57,761 bases of DNA from an uncultured Dehalococcoidales bacterium (GTDB lineage Bacteria; Chloroflexota; Dehalococcoidia; Dehalococcoidales; JAUYDJ01). The stretch's first letter is position 1, and every line of letters begins with the position of its first letter. Both the position numbers and the translations under genes were made by a program. Shown here piece after piece: positions 26,633-34,868 of the stretch. Where the stretch lies: NCBI GenBank assembly GCA_964569555.1, contig CAZMTT010000001.1:1-57761 (forward strand), read 5' to 3'. The notes beneath the pieces were generated by a model. The model was given only the letters and a program-made list of their open reading frames with translations, ran no database searches and was not told where the DNA came from.

Positions 26633-27060
26633 TTCTTTGTCCTCGCCGTGCAGATTGCCAGGACCTCTTTTCCCGACTCCCGGTATACGGTAACGATAAT
26701 TCTCTGGAAGGTCTCGGTTCCGGTACAGCTACCAAAGCTCTCGGCGGCATCGGCATCGTTGGTGCATTCGGTGGTGGCAATCATGCTGTATTGTGTGGGG
26801 ACAGTAATATTATAAGATTCGGCATCGGGGTAGCTAGCGTTGTAGGAGCTGGACTTGATATTCTCTATATAGTCACTGGCCAGACTGGCGGCGGTTACCT
26901 TCTCATCGGTGATGCTGACGGCGCGGTAGTTGGTACTAAGGGCGGCCACCACGCTCGCCCCGATAAACCCCAGAATGGCCACGGCTACCAGGGTTTCCAT
27001 CAGGCCTATGCCCTGCTGCCCCTGGAAAAACCCAGTTATTGCCTTAACCAGAAATTTCAT
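26629..27060 (-). CDS. prepilin-type minor pilin/pseudopilin
   Basis: ...QQGIG|LMETLVAVAILGFIGASV with Glu+5. Colinear with 3671..4069 of locus 1. Confidence 0.7.
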   Translation of the reverse strand: MKFLVKAITGFFQGQQGIGLMETLVAVAILGFIGASVVAALSTNYRAVSITDEKVTAASLASDYIENIKSSSYNASYPDAESYNITVPTQYSMIATTECTNDADAAESFGSCTGTETFQRIIVTVYRESGKEVLAICTARTKK

Positions 27061-27085
27061 AACATCAGCGTACCATCACTTTTGA

Positions 27086-28336
27086 TTAACCAAAGGCGCC
27101 GGTGAGGGTATACATTGGCATTAGTACCGAGATGGCGATAAAACCGACCAGCAGTGCAATGCCGACGGTAGCCAGTGGGCCTATCAAGCCGACTATGGTA
27201 GCTGCCTTTTCGTCGGCGGTAGATTCGCAGAAATCAGCCACCACTCCCAGAGTGAAGTCAAGGGTGTTGCTTTCCTCCCCGACGGCTACCATCTGGATGA
27301 GTAGTGGCGGGAACAGGGCAATACGGGACATCGGTGCGGCTAATCCCTCACCCAGATAAAGCTTGTCCCTGAGTTCATCCAAGGCGCTACGGAAGACATA
27401 ATTATTGGTGGAGTAGGGCGCCATCTCCATTATCTCCTGCAGGTTCATCCCGGCGCTTATCAGTACCGATACCGTTCGGCTGAAACGGCCCAGCTCTGAC
27501 ATGAGAGTCGTCGTCCCGATTAAGGGCGCATTGAGCCGGATACGGTCAAGTATCCGCCTTCCGGTCGGCTGCTTGACCATCCACAGTATCGTCGCCACCA
27601 ATATTGCCCCGATGATGACGAGATAGAGCATGTTGCCGGTGACAAATCCGGTCAGTCCAATCAGGATTCGGGTGGGCAGGGGTAGCTCCACATTCATGGT
27701 GGTGAACATGTCCAGCAGGCTTGGCATGACCACGGTGATAAGAATTATAATGACTACAAAGCCGACGCCAAGGACTATCGCGGGATAGACCAGAGCCTTA
27801 CTTATCTTTTTGGCCATCATGTTCTGTCGTTCCTGATAGTCAGCCATTCGCTGCAGGACACTATGCAAGTCTCCCGATTGTTCGCCAACGGAAATGGTCC
27901 GGTAATAAATCTCGCCAAAAGCCTTGGGGTGTTTGCTCAGGGCCTGGGAAAATGAAACTCCGCCGCGTATGTCTAAAATAATGGCTTCCAGAATTTTCTT
28001 AAAGGCACGACTGGTGGCTACCTGGCCCTGAAGAATTTCCATTGCCGGTAGCAGTGAGATGCCTGACCGGAGCAGTATCGCCAGCTGGCGAGAAAAGACG
28101 ATGACATCCCGCGGCTTTACCGTAAAAAAGGTCGGCAGTGCCTCTTCCAGGCTGAACATAGAAGGGGCGACCTGTACCTGTATCGGGTTGTAGCCCTTAG
28201 CGATAATAAGCCGCTCTGCGGCCAGCTCATTGGGCGCCTTGACGCTGCCCTTTACCAGCTTTCCCTGCCGGTCATAGGCTTCATAGCGGTAGGTTAGCGG
28301 TTTTGGCTTTTTAATGCTCTCAATAGTGCTGGTCAT
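27086..28336 (-). CDS. pilC: type IV pilus platform protein PilC (locus 2)
   Basis: 416 aa with two T2SSF repeats (RSGISLLPAMEIL, SAGMNLQEIMEMA) and 3 TM segments. Confidence 0.9.
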   Translation of the reverse strand: MTSTIESIKKPKPLTYRYEAYDRQGKLVKGSVKAPNELAAERLIIAKGYNPIQVQVAPSMFSLEEALPTFFTVKPRDVIVFSRQLAILLRSGISLLPAMEILQGQVATSRAFKKILEAIILDIRGGVSFSQALSKHPKAFGEIYYRTISVGEQSGDLHSVLQRMADYQERQNMMAKKISKALVYPAIVLGVGFVVIIILITVVMPSLLDMFTTMNVELPLPTRILIGLTGFVTGNMLYLVIIGAILVATILWMVKQPTGRRILDRIRLNAPLIGTTTLMSELGRFSRTVSVLISAGMNLQEIMEMAPYSTNNYVFRSALDELRDKLYLGEGLAAPMSRIALFPPLLIQMVAVGEESNTLDFTLGVVADFCESTADEKAATIVGLIGPLATVGIALLVGFIAISVLMPMYTLTGAFG

Positions 28337-28343
28337 TTTTCCC

Positions 28344-30056
28344 CTAATAGGTTATGGAGAAGACATTGCGAATGACTTCGCCGGGGGTGGTGATACCCAT
28401 TTTTACTTTCAGCATGCCATCATGCCACAGTGAGAGCATACCTTCTTTATAGGCGACAGAGCGAATTTCATTGGCGCTGGCACCGGCCAGGACCAGCCGG
28501 TTCAGGTCCTCGCTCATGGTCAAAACCTCAAAGATGCCGGTTCGACCCTGAAAGCCGGTGTTGGCACAGAAAGTGCAACCGGCGCCGATTATGAATTCAG
28601 TGCGCTTCTCCTTAAATTCTTTCTCGTAGGCTTCCCGTTCATCGTCAGGGACCGACGTAGGTCCGGAGCAATAGGGGCAGACCTTGCGCACCATTCTCTG
28701 GGCGACCACGCCAATCAGTGCTGAGGTAATCAGGAAGGCTTCTACACCCAGGTCTATCATCCGGTAAATGGTGGCTACGGCGTCATTGGCGTGGACTGAG
28801 GAGAGCACTAGGTGACCGGTCAGGGCGGCCTGGGTGGATATCTGGGCCGTCTCCGCATCACGTATCTCACCGACCAGAATGACATCCGGGTCAAGTCTCA
28901 TGCAGGCCCTAAGCCCGGTGGCAAAGTTCACTCCGGCGGCGGGATTGACCTGCATCTGGTTAATATTGGTAAAGCGGTACTCTACCGGGTCTTCAATGGT
29001 GAGGATATTGCGTCCGATGGCATCAAGCTGGTTGACCGTGGCGTACTGGGTGGTGGTCTTACCGGAGCCGGTGGGACCGCTGATTAAAATTATGCCAAAG
29101 GGGGTCTTTACCATTCTCGCGTATCGCCCCAGAATATCGGGTAGAAAGCCAATCTCCGCTAACGGCAGAAAGGCGAAGGTTTTGTCCAGAATCCGGAGCA
29201 CCGCCATTTCCCCGTATACCGTATTGGAGGTAGCCACCCGGATATCAACCTCTCTATCCTCCATGTCAAAGGTGATCTGACCATCCTGGGGGCGGCGGCG
29301 CTCGGCAATATTGAGCCCGGCCATAATCTTCACCCGGGAGAGCAGCGGCTCGTGGACATTCAAGGGGAGGGACATAACTTCGCTCAAAATACCATCAATG
29401 CGGTAGCGGATGCGCAGCTTGTCATCCTGAGGCTCAACGTGGATATCTGAGGCCCGGTCTCTTACCGCCTGCTTGATAAGCAGGTCAATGGCACGTACCA
29501 CCGGGGCTTGAGCAATGGCTTCGGCGGAGACCCGTGTCTCTCTCATCCCGCCGCCGCCACTTCGGTAGCGAAGCGGAATTTGGCTGAGCTGTTCTTCAAT
29601 CTCGCCACCAATCCGGTAGTTGAGGTCAATCATCTCCTGGATATCCTGGAAGGTGCTGATTACCGGCTCAATCCGTTTCATGGTCAGGGAAGTTAGCTCC
29701 TCAATGGTGTGGATATCTCTCGGGTCTTCCATGGCAACCACGACGGCACCATCCAGCATACGTACCGGGATAACGCCGTATTTTCGGGCGATTGCTTCTG
29801 GAATTAGCTTCAGGGCTTGTGTTTGGACTCCCTCTTTCTTCAGATTGACGAAGGGAATCCCCAGCTGAAGGCTGATGAAGAAAGCAAGTTGCTGGGTGGT
29901 GACTAAACGCTGCTGGAGCAGAATTCGCTCTACCCTTTCGCCACTCTTACGCTGCAGCTCCTGGACGCGGGTGAGCTGCTCATCGCTAACCAGCCCGCCT
30001 TCAACCAGTAGCTGCCCCAGATCTTTCTTGGCTACTTTTTTCTCTGATGACTTCAC
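28344..30056 (-). CDS. pilB: type IV pilus assembly ATPase PilB with an MshEN-like N-terminal extension (locus 2)
   Basis: 570 aa. Walker A GPTGSGKTT, Walker B DPDVILVGEIRD, His box, CPYC...CTFC. N-terminal LGQLLVEGGLVSDEQLTRVQELQ plus RVERILLQQRLVTTQQLAFFISLQ. Confidence 0.92.
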   Translation of the reverse strand: MKSSEKKVAKKDLGQLLVEGGLVSDEQLTRVQELQRKSGERVERILLQQRLVTTQQLAFFISLQLGIPFVNLKKEGVQTQALKLIPEAIARKYGVIPVRMLDGAVVVAMEDPRDIHTIEELTSLTMKRIEPVISTFQDIQEMIDLNYRIGGEIEEQLSQIPLRYRSGGGGMRETRVSAEAIAQAPVVRAIDLLIKQAVRDRASDIHVEPQDDKLRIRYRIDGILSEVMSLPLNVHEPLLSRVKIMAGLNIAERRRPQDGQITFDMEDREVDIRVATSNTVYGEMAVLRILDKTFAFLPLAEIGFLPDILGRYARMVKTPFGIILISGPTGSGKTTTQYATVNQLDAIGRNILTIEDPVEYRFTNINQMQVNPAAGVNFATGLRACMRLDPDVILVGEIRDAETAQISTQAALTGHLVLSSVHANDAVATIYRMIDLGVEAFLITSALIGVVAQRMVRKVCPYCSGPTSVPDDEREAYEKEFKEKRTEFIIGAGCTFCANTGFQGRTGIFEVLTMSEDLNRLVLAGASANEIRSVAYKEGMLSLWHDGMLKVKMGITTPGEVIRNVFSITY

Positions 30057-30074
30057 TTTCTCCTCCCCTCCGGG

Positions 30075-31106
30075 TTAGCCTTCTTTTGGCGCCAGCCTGA
30101 TTCGGAGCATCCCCTTTTTCCCTTTTGCCGGGCTGTCCTTATCGCTTTGCTCCACTATTGGTTCTACTTCAGGTAGCCGGGACGATAAAGCGCTAATGAC
30201 GGGGACTGGCTTATCCAGCGCCACCGTTATCGTGGTGCCCCGGTCCAGAGAGCCAGTGCTATGGACCAGCTTTACCTCCGGCGTGGTCTGCAGGTAGGTG
30301 AACAATTTAGTCATCACCTTGGGGTCTACCGGCGAGGCGATGATTAGCTCTATTTCGCCGGTATAAAGGGTCTGGTCACCGCTGGTCTTCACTTGAGTGG
30401 TGCCTTTTTCAGAGGGGGGTGACTCCGCCGACTCATTTTTGGTGGCCGTGGCTGTTTCGGCTGCGGCCGGCTCTATCTTATCTTCAGCAACCGCCTCTTC
30501 AGGCTCGGCCGGTGGCTCTATCTTATCTTCAGCAACCGCCGCTTCAGGCTCGGCCGGTGGCTCTACCTTCTCTTCAATAGCCGCCTCTTTAGCGGCAGTC
30601 TCGGCGGCTTTCTTCAGTTCCTCGGCTTCCAGTTTAGCCTGGCTGGTAATTTTCTCCGCCTCTGCCCTGGCTTCTTCGGTAGCAGTAGCCTCGGCGGCTT
30701 TCTTCAGTTCCTCGGCTTCCAGTTTAGCCTGGCTGATAATTTTCTCTGCCTCTGCCCTGGCTTCTTCGGTAGCGGTAGCCTCGGCGGCTTTCTTCAGTTC
30801 CTCGGCTTCCAGTTTAGCCTGGCTGGTAATTTTCTCCGCCTCTGCCCTGGCTTCTTCGCTAACGCTGGCTTCGGCGGCTTTCTTCAGTTTATCGGCTTCC
30901 CTTTTGGCCTGGCTGATGATTTTCTCCGCCTCCGCCTTGGCCTCTTCCAGGGCGGCTATCTGTTCCGCCTCGTCCACTACCGACTCAGCCGCCCGCTCAT
31001 TGGTGGCGCTGATTATCTGGTCCTCATCGCGCTCCTTGGGTGGCTTGCTCTTTCGCTGCACCATCCAGGGCATGACGACTCTTCTTTTCGGTGTTTCTGC
31101 AGTCAT
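30075..31106 (-). CDS. repeat-rich coiled-coil protein of unknown function, first gene of locus 2
   Basis: 343 aa with no signal peptide or TM helix. Four 30-aa units EEARAEAEKI(I/T)SQAKLEAEELKKAAEATAT, three 15-aa Pro/Glu units, and a ~90-aa C-terminal globular part. Its stop is 18 nt before the pilB2 start. Confidence 0.6.
   Translation of the reverse strand: MTAETPKRRVVMPWMVQRKSKPPKERDEDQIISATNERAAESVVDEAEQIAALEEAKAEAEKIISQAKREADKLKKAAEASVSEEARAEAEKITSQAKLEAEELKKAAEATATEEARAEAEKIISQAKLEAEELKKAAEATATEEARAEAEKITSQAKLEAEELKKAAETAAKEAAIEEKVEPPAEPEAAVAEDKIEPPAEPEEAVAEDKIEPAAAETATATKNESAESPPSEKGTTQVKTSGDQTLYTGEIELIIASPVDPKVMTKLFTYLQTTPEVKLVHSTGSLDRGTTITVALDKPVPVISALSSRLPEVEPIVEQSDKDSPAKGKKGMLRIRLAPKEG
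30471..30605. repeat. 45-bp tandem repeat, 3 copies, coding (AEDKIEPPAEPEEAV units)
   Basis: CTCTATCTTATCTTCAGCAACCGCC... recurs at 30471 and 30516, and in diverged form at 30561. Confidence 0.8.
30601..30960. repeat. 90-bp tandem repeat, 4 copies (3 near-identical, 1 diverged), coding
   Basis: Units are 30601-30690, 30691-30780, 30781-30870 and 30871-30960. The first three differ at only a few positions. Confidence 0.9.
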
Positions 31107-31160
31107 AAAGTGTTACCTTCCTGTTGGTGGTCACCTAAAACTACTTTTTCCCACTCTAAA

Positions 31161-31189
31161 ATCATAATTCGCCACTCGGCAAATGTCAA
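31161..31189 (-). promoter_or_regulatory. candidate sigma70-type promoter of pilus locus 2
   Basis: On the - strand: TTGACA (31189-31184), 17-nt spacer, TATGAT (31166-31161). About 55 nt upstream of the ATG at 31106. A second TTGACA lies at 31210-31205. Confidence 0.45.
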
Positions 31190-31440
31190 CTAGATATGCC
31201 TGTTTGTCAAGTTGTCCACTGCCAACCATTATAATTTGCCAAAAGGCACTTGGGGTTGAGGCTTTACCGGTGGGCTTTTTACTTTCATTGTAGCGGAGTG
31301 AGGTTAAATCTTCGTTAAAATAGATTAAATCTACATTAAGATAGGGTGAAATTTAGCTAAAATTTTGCCGGCGGCAGATAGAGAGGCACTGGTTATCCTG
31401 AATTCTATCGAATGCGGTTACGCCGCCGGCCTGGTATTGG

Positions 31441-31755
31441 CTACTCTTCGTCTTCTTTGCCCCAGCTCTGCATCATTTCCCGGATGCGCTGGGCAAGTTT
31501 GGGGCTGGAGCGCAGCCGCTCAATGAAAATGGGGCAGCCCTCCAGCAGTGAATTCTGGGCGGCGGTGGCCATGCTGGAGAGCAGGTTCTGCAGGCTAATG
31601 TCCGTCTGTGGCGCAAAGCTGGCGCCGGGTGTTGATGACTCCATCTGTCGGCGGATGTCATCGGCGGTGAACCTCATCGGCATGACACAGGTTTTATACC
31701 ACGGGCATTCCTTGCACTGGACGATACTATAGGCTTCATCCAAAATATCACTCAT
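31441..31755 (-). CDS. small Cys-containing hypothetical protein
   Basis: 104 aa with CKECPWYKTC and a fourth Cys (EGCPIF). SD GGAGG before the ATG. Sits downstream of the tlpA-like and ccdA genes. Confidence 0.5.
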   Translation of the reverse strand: MSDILDEAYSIVQCKECPWYKTCVMPMRFTADDIRRQMESSTPGASFAPQTDISLQNLLSSMATAAQNSLLEGCPIFIERLRSSPKLAQRIREMMQSWGKEDEE

Positions 31756-31779
31756 CTCAAGCCTCCTTCTTCCGTGTGA

Positions 31780-32301
31780 CTAGGGAACAATCTGACTGAG
31801 CTTGGTTTCTATTGCCTCTTTACTTCGGAAGCCACCGATTATTCTGGCTCTGATTATACCGTCTTTATCAATAAAAAAGGTGGTCGGTATACTGGCCACA
31901 TTATATTTTTGGGCTAAGCTCTGTTTGGTGTCAAGCAGTACCGGCAGAGAAAGCTGGTGACTTTGCATGAACCGGCTCACTTCAGAGGGGCTATCACCCA
32001 GGTTAACGGTCAGCACCACTAACCCCTGGTCTGACCACTCCTCATAGACCTGTTGCAGGTAGGGCATTTCCTCCTCGCAGGGGCGGCACCAGCCTGCCCA
32101 GAAGTTGAGCAATACCGGCTTACCCTTGAAATCACTGAGACTAACTTCTGCTCCGCCAAGGCCGGGCAGCTGGAAATCGGGTGCCGGCTTACCCACCTCG
32201 ACAACCAGAGCCGAGCAGCCCATCGCTATCAATCCCAGAATAGCTACGGGGACAAAGTATATTAGTATCTTGGTCAATCTTTCCGGCTTGGTTAAACTCA
32301 T
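31780..32301 (-). CDS. TlpA/ResA-family thiol:disulfide oxidoreductase (membrane-anchored thioredoxin fold)
   Basis: N-terminal anchor helix. WAGWCRPCEEEMP active site. Redoxin-like layout. Confidence 0.85.
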   Translation of the reverse strand: MSLTKPERLTKILIYFVPVAILGLIAMGCSALVVEVGKPAPDFQLPGLGGAEVSLSDFKGKPVLLNFWAGWCRPCEEEMPYLQQVYEEWSDQGLVVLTVNLGDSPSEVSRFMQSHQLSLPVLLDTKQSLAQKYNVASIPTTFFIDKDGIIRARIIGGFRSKEAIETKLSQIVP

Positions 32302-32322
32302 TAGTTAAATTTTACCGCTAAA

Positions 32323-33045
32323 TTATAGTTGAAGCCAAATCAGCCTGTTGGTCAGGGTTAGAACACCGATAATGATGAGCAAGGTGCCGCTGAAGATATA
32401 GATAGCCGATGAATAGCGGTAGATACGCTTGAGTAGCGGCAGGGTGAGGTCAAAGGTAGCGCCGATAATCAGAAAGGGCGTCCCCAGCCCCAGCGAGTAG
32501 AGAGCCAGCAGGTAGGCGCCCTGCCCGGCGGTCCCTGAGGCGGAAGCCAGCGCCAGAATACCGCCCAGCAGCGGGGCAACACAGGGTGTCCAGGCCACGC
32601 AAAAGATGGCTCCGGTCAGAAAGGAGCGGAAATAGCCGCTGGCAATGCTCTGGGGCAGGGCCAGGCGCTTCTCGTAGTTGAGCCAGGGTATCTTCAGCGC
32701 CGCCAGCATGAAAACACCAAAGACGATGAGCAAGATACCGGCTACCTGGCGCACCAGCCCGAGGTAAGCGCTTAAAACAAAGCCGAGCAGACCGGCGCCG
32801 GCGCCGGTAAGGGTGAAAATCAAAGCAAAGCCGATGACGAAGCTGAGCGAGTGCAGAAAGAGGGGCAGGCGGGGCCGGTTGCCCTCGGTGGTAAATATTT
32901 CCGGACCGGATAGACTGGCCAGGTATACCGGCACTAAAGGCAGTATGCAGGGTTGTAGAAAGGACAGCAGTCCGGCACCGAAAGCGGCTAGCGGTGGAAT
33001 ATGTTCCATCTTTTTAATGCTAATTAATCTACCCCCAAATATCAA
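32323..33045 (-). CDS. ccdA: cytochrome c biogenesis / thiol-disulfide transporter CcdA (DsbD family)
   Basis: AFGAGLLSFLQPCILPLVPVY and WTPCVAPLLG motifs with 6 TM helices. The likely true start is the ATG at 33009 (MEHIPPL), not the TTG at 33045. Confidence 0.85.
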   Translation of the reverse strand: MIFGGRLISIKKMEHIPPLAAFGAGLLSFLQPCILPLVPVYLASLSGPEIFTTEGNRPRLPLFLHSLSFVIGFALIFTLTGAGAGLLGFVLSAYLGLVRQVAGILLIVFGVFMLAALKIPWLNYEKRLALPQSIASGYFRSFLTGAIFCVAWTPCVAPLLGGILALASASGTAGQGAYLLALYSLGLGTPFLIIGATFDLTLPLLKRIYRYSSAIYIFSGTLLIIIGVLTLTNRLIWLQL

Positions 33046-33124
33046 GCTGGCTGATGGCAGGGTAGCCTTGACTTTTAGCCCTCGGTCTGACTAAATTAGC
33101 TCTGGAAAGCGAGGGGAGGAATAT

Positions 33125-33742
33125 TTGTCCAGATTACTGCTGGTAAGACATGGCGATACCGAGTCAAACAGCCGGGAGAGGTACTGGGGGCACACTGATG
33201 TTAAGCTGAGCCGGGCGGGGCTGGAGCAGGCGGAGAAGCTGCGTGACCGCCTGGCAAATGAGAAGATTGACGTTATTTATACCAGTGACCTGGAGCGGGC
33301 CTGGCTGACGGCCAAGATTATTGCCCAGAAGCACCAGCTTGAGGTTACTATCTGCCCGGAGCTGAGGGAGTTTAACTTCGGCGCCGTGGAGGGCTTGAAC
33401 TTTGACGAGATTGGCCGCCTTCACCCCGAGCTGGCTGAATTCTGGGCGAGCCAGAACCCGAAGCTCAGGTTTCCCGATGGGGAGAGCCTCGGCGACCTCA
33501 GACGCCGGGTAAGCCGGTTCCGGCAGCGGCTGGAGAAGCACGCCCCGGAAGAGACAATTCTCATCGTGGCTCATGCCGGGGCACTGAGGATAATGCTCTG
33601 CCAGTTGCTCGGCATCGGGCAGCACCACTGGCGTCAGCTTCGCTTAGACCTGGCTTCGCTCAGTATCGTGGAGACCTATCCCGAGAGAACGGTGCTGAAC
33701 CTGCTCAACGATGTTTCCCATCTTGACAGCGAGCTTCAGTGA
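33125..33742 (+). CDS. histidine phosphatase family protein (phosphoglycerate mutase/CobC-like)
   Basis: LLLVRHGDTESN (RHG motif), TSDLERA, VAHAGALR. TTG start. Confidence 0.8.
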   Translation: MSRLLLVRHGDTESNSRERYWGHTDVKLSRAGLEQAEKLRDRLANEKIDVIYTSDLERAWLTAKIIAQKHQLEVTICPELREFNFGAVEGLNFDEIGRLHPELAEFWASQNPKLRFPDGESLGDLRRRVSRFRQRLEKHAPEETILIVAHAGALRIMLCQLLGIGQHHWRQLRLDLASLSIVETYPERTVLNLLNDVSHLDSELQ

Positions 33743-34407
33743 AGCTTGATGCGGACGCCGAGAAAGGCGCCGAAGGGGTTTTTACGGAAGGTAAGCCAGC
33801 CATCGAGCCAATGGCAGTAGCGGTGCCAGCCCAGGGGAAAGAGAAGCACGCTTTGCCAGTTGAGGGAGACATTACTGAGCACGCTGTGCACCATGGCTTC
33901 AATTTCGCCGATAGTATAGAACTTTGCCTGGTTATAGATACTCTCGCCGAACCTGCCTTTAACCCGGCGGGTCAGGCTGAGCATTGAGGTCTTATTCAGC
34001 ACCCCCAGGTATATTTTCTTGCGGGAAACGCGGGCCGCTTCCCGGATGGCTCCAGCCGGGTCGGGGAGAAACTCAAGCACGGTGATGAGGGCGACAATAT
34101 CAAACGACTTATCGGCGAAATCCAGTTTATTGGCCTGTCCCTGGCAGAGCCTGGCGCCGGGGCCGAGCCTCTGGGCGGCCTTCTCCAGCATGGGTTGGGA
34201 GGGGTCAACGCCGGTGACATCAAGCCCCAGCTCGCGGAAAAATTCCAGATTATGCCCGGTGCCGCAGCCGACCTCAAGCAGCTGCTGTCTCTTCTGGGGC
34301 TTGACCAGCTTCAGGAAAAGCTCTTTTTCCCTGAAGTCAGCGTAGTGTCCCCCTGACTTCAGGTACCACTTATCGTATTTCGCTGCCGCACCGGCATCAA
34401 AGCTCAT
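33736..34407 (-). CDS. class I SAM-dependent methyltransferase
   Basis: LLEVGCGTGHN (motif I), FDIVALITVLEF. Its 3' end overlaps the convergent phosphatase gene by 7 nt. Confidence 0.8.
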   Translation of the reverse strand: MSFDAGAAAKYDKWYLKSGGHYADFREKELFLKLVKPQKRQQLLEVGCGTGHNLEFFRELGLDVTGVDPSQPMLEKAAQRLGPGARLCQGQANKLDFADKSFDIVALITVLEFLPDPAGAIREAARVSRKKIYLGVLNKTSMLSLTRRVKGRFGESIYNQAKFYTIGEIEAMVHSVLSNVSLNWQSVLLFPLGWHRYCHWLDGWLTFRKNPFGAFLGVRIKLH

Positions 34408-34432
34408 TTTAGACCTCTGACTTGGTGGCGGG

Positions 34433-34750
34433 TTAGAGGAGCGCTTCTATTTTGGGCTCAAGGACCCGCTCCGGGACAGCCCCGACCACCCTGTCGACTA
34501 CCTTCCCATCCTTGAAAAAGATTAGGGTGGGGATGGACATAATCTGGTAGTTGGTGGCGGCTTGGGGATTCTGGTCAATATTGAGCCGGCAGAACTTGAA
34601 CCTCTGGTCATACTTTTCGGCCAGTTTATCTACCACCGGCGCAATCATGCGGCAGGGACCGCACCAGGGCGCCCATATGTCCACCAGCACGGGCAGGGTT
34701 GATTTCAAGACCTCGTCGTCAAAGTTCTGGTCGGTAACATCAATTACCAT
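34433..34750 (-). CDS. trxA: thioredoxin
   Basis: 105 aa. VLVDIWAPWCGPCRMIAP, cis-Pro MSIPTLIFFKDG. Confidence 0.9.
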   Translation of the reverse strand: MVIDVTDQNFDDEVLKSTLPVLVDIWAPWCGPCRMIAPVVDKLAEKYDQRFKFCRLNIDQNPQAATNYQIMSIPTLIFFKDGKVVDRVVGAVPERVLEPKIEALL

Positions 34751-34868
34751 ATACTCTCGCTCCCTTTGATTAATATTGTTTAAATGATAACCGTCGGGGC
34801 TTTACGGTGTCAAGGAAGTAGCCAACGCCAAAAGCATTCGCGGCTATCTGCAGACTGGTAAAGTTTAA

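Noticed and set aside
30397-31167. 256-aa + strand ORF (Ser/Ala-rich) opposite the repeat protein, and the possibility that the 90-bp repeats are a CRISPR-like array
   Set aside because: The + strand ORF is the mirror image of the Glu/Ala/Lys repeats and is pure low complexity. The repeats are directly abutting with no unique spacers and keep a reading frame on the - strand, so they are coding tandem repeats and not CRISPR.
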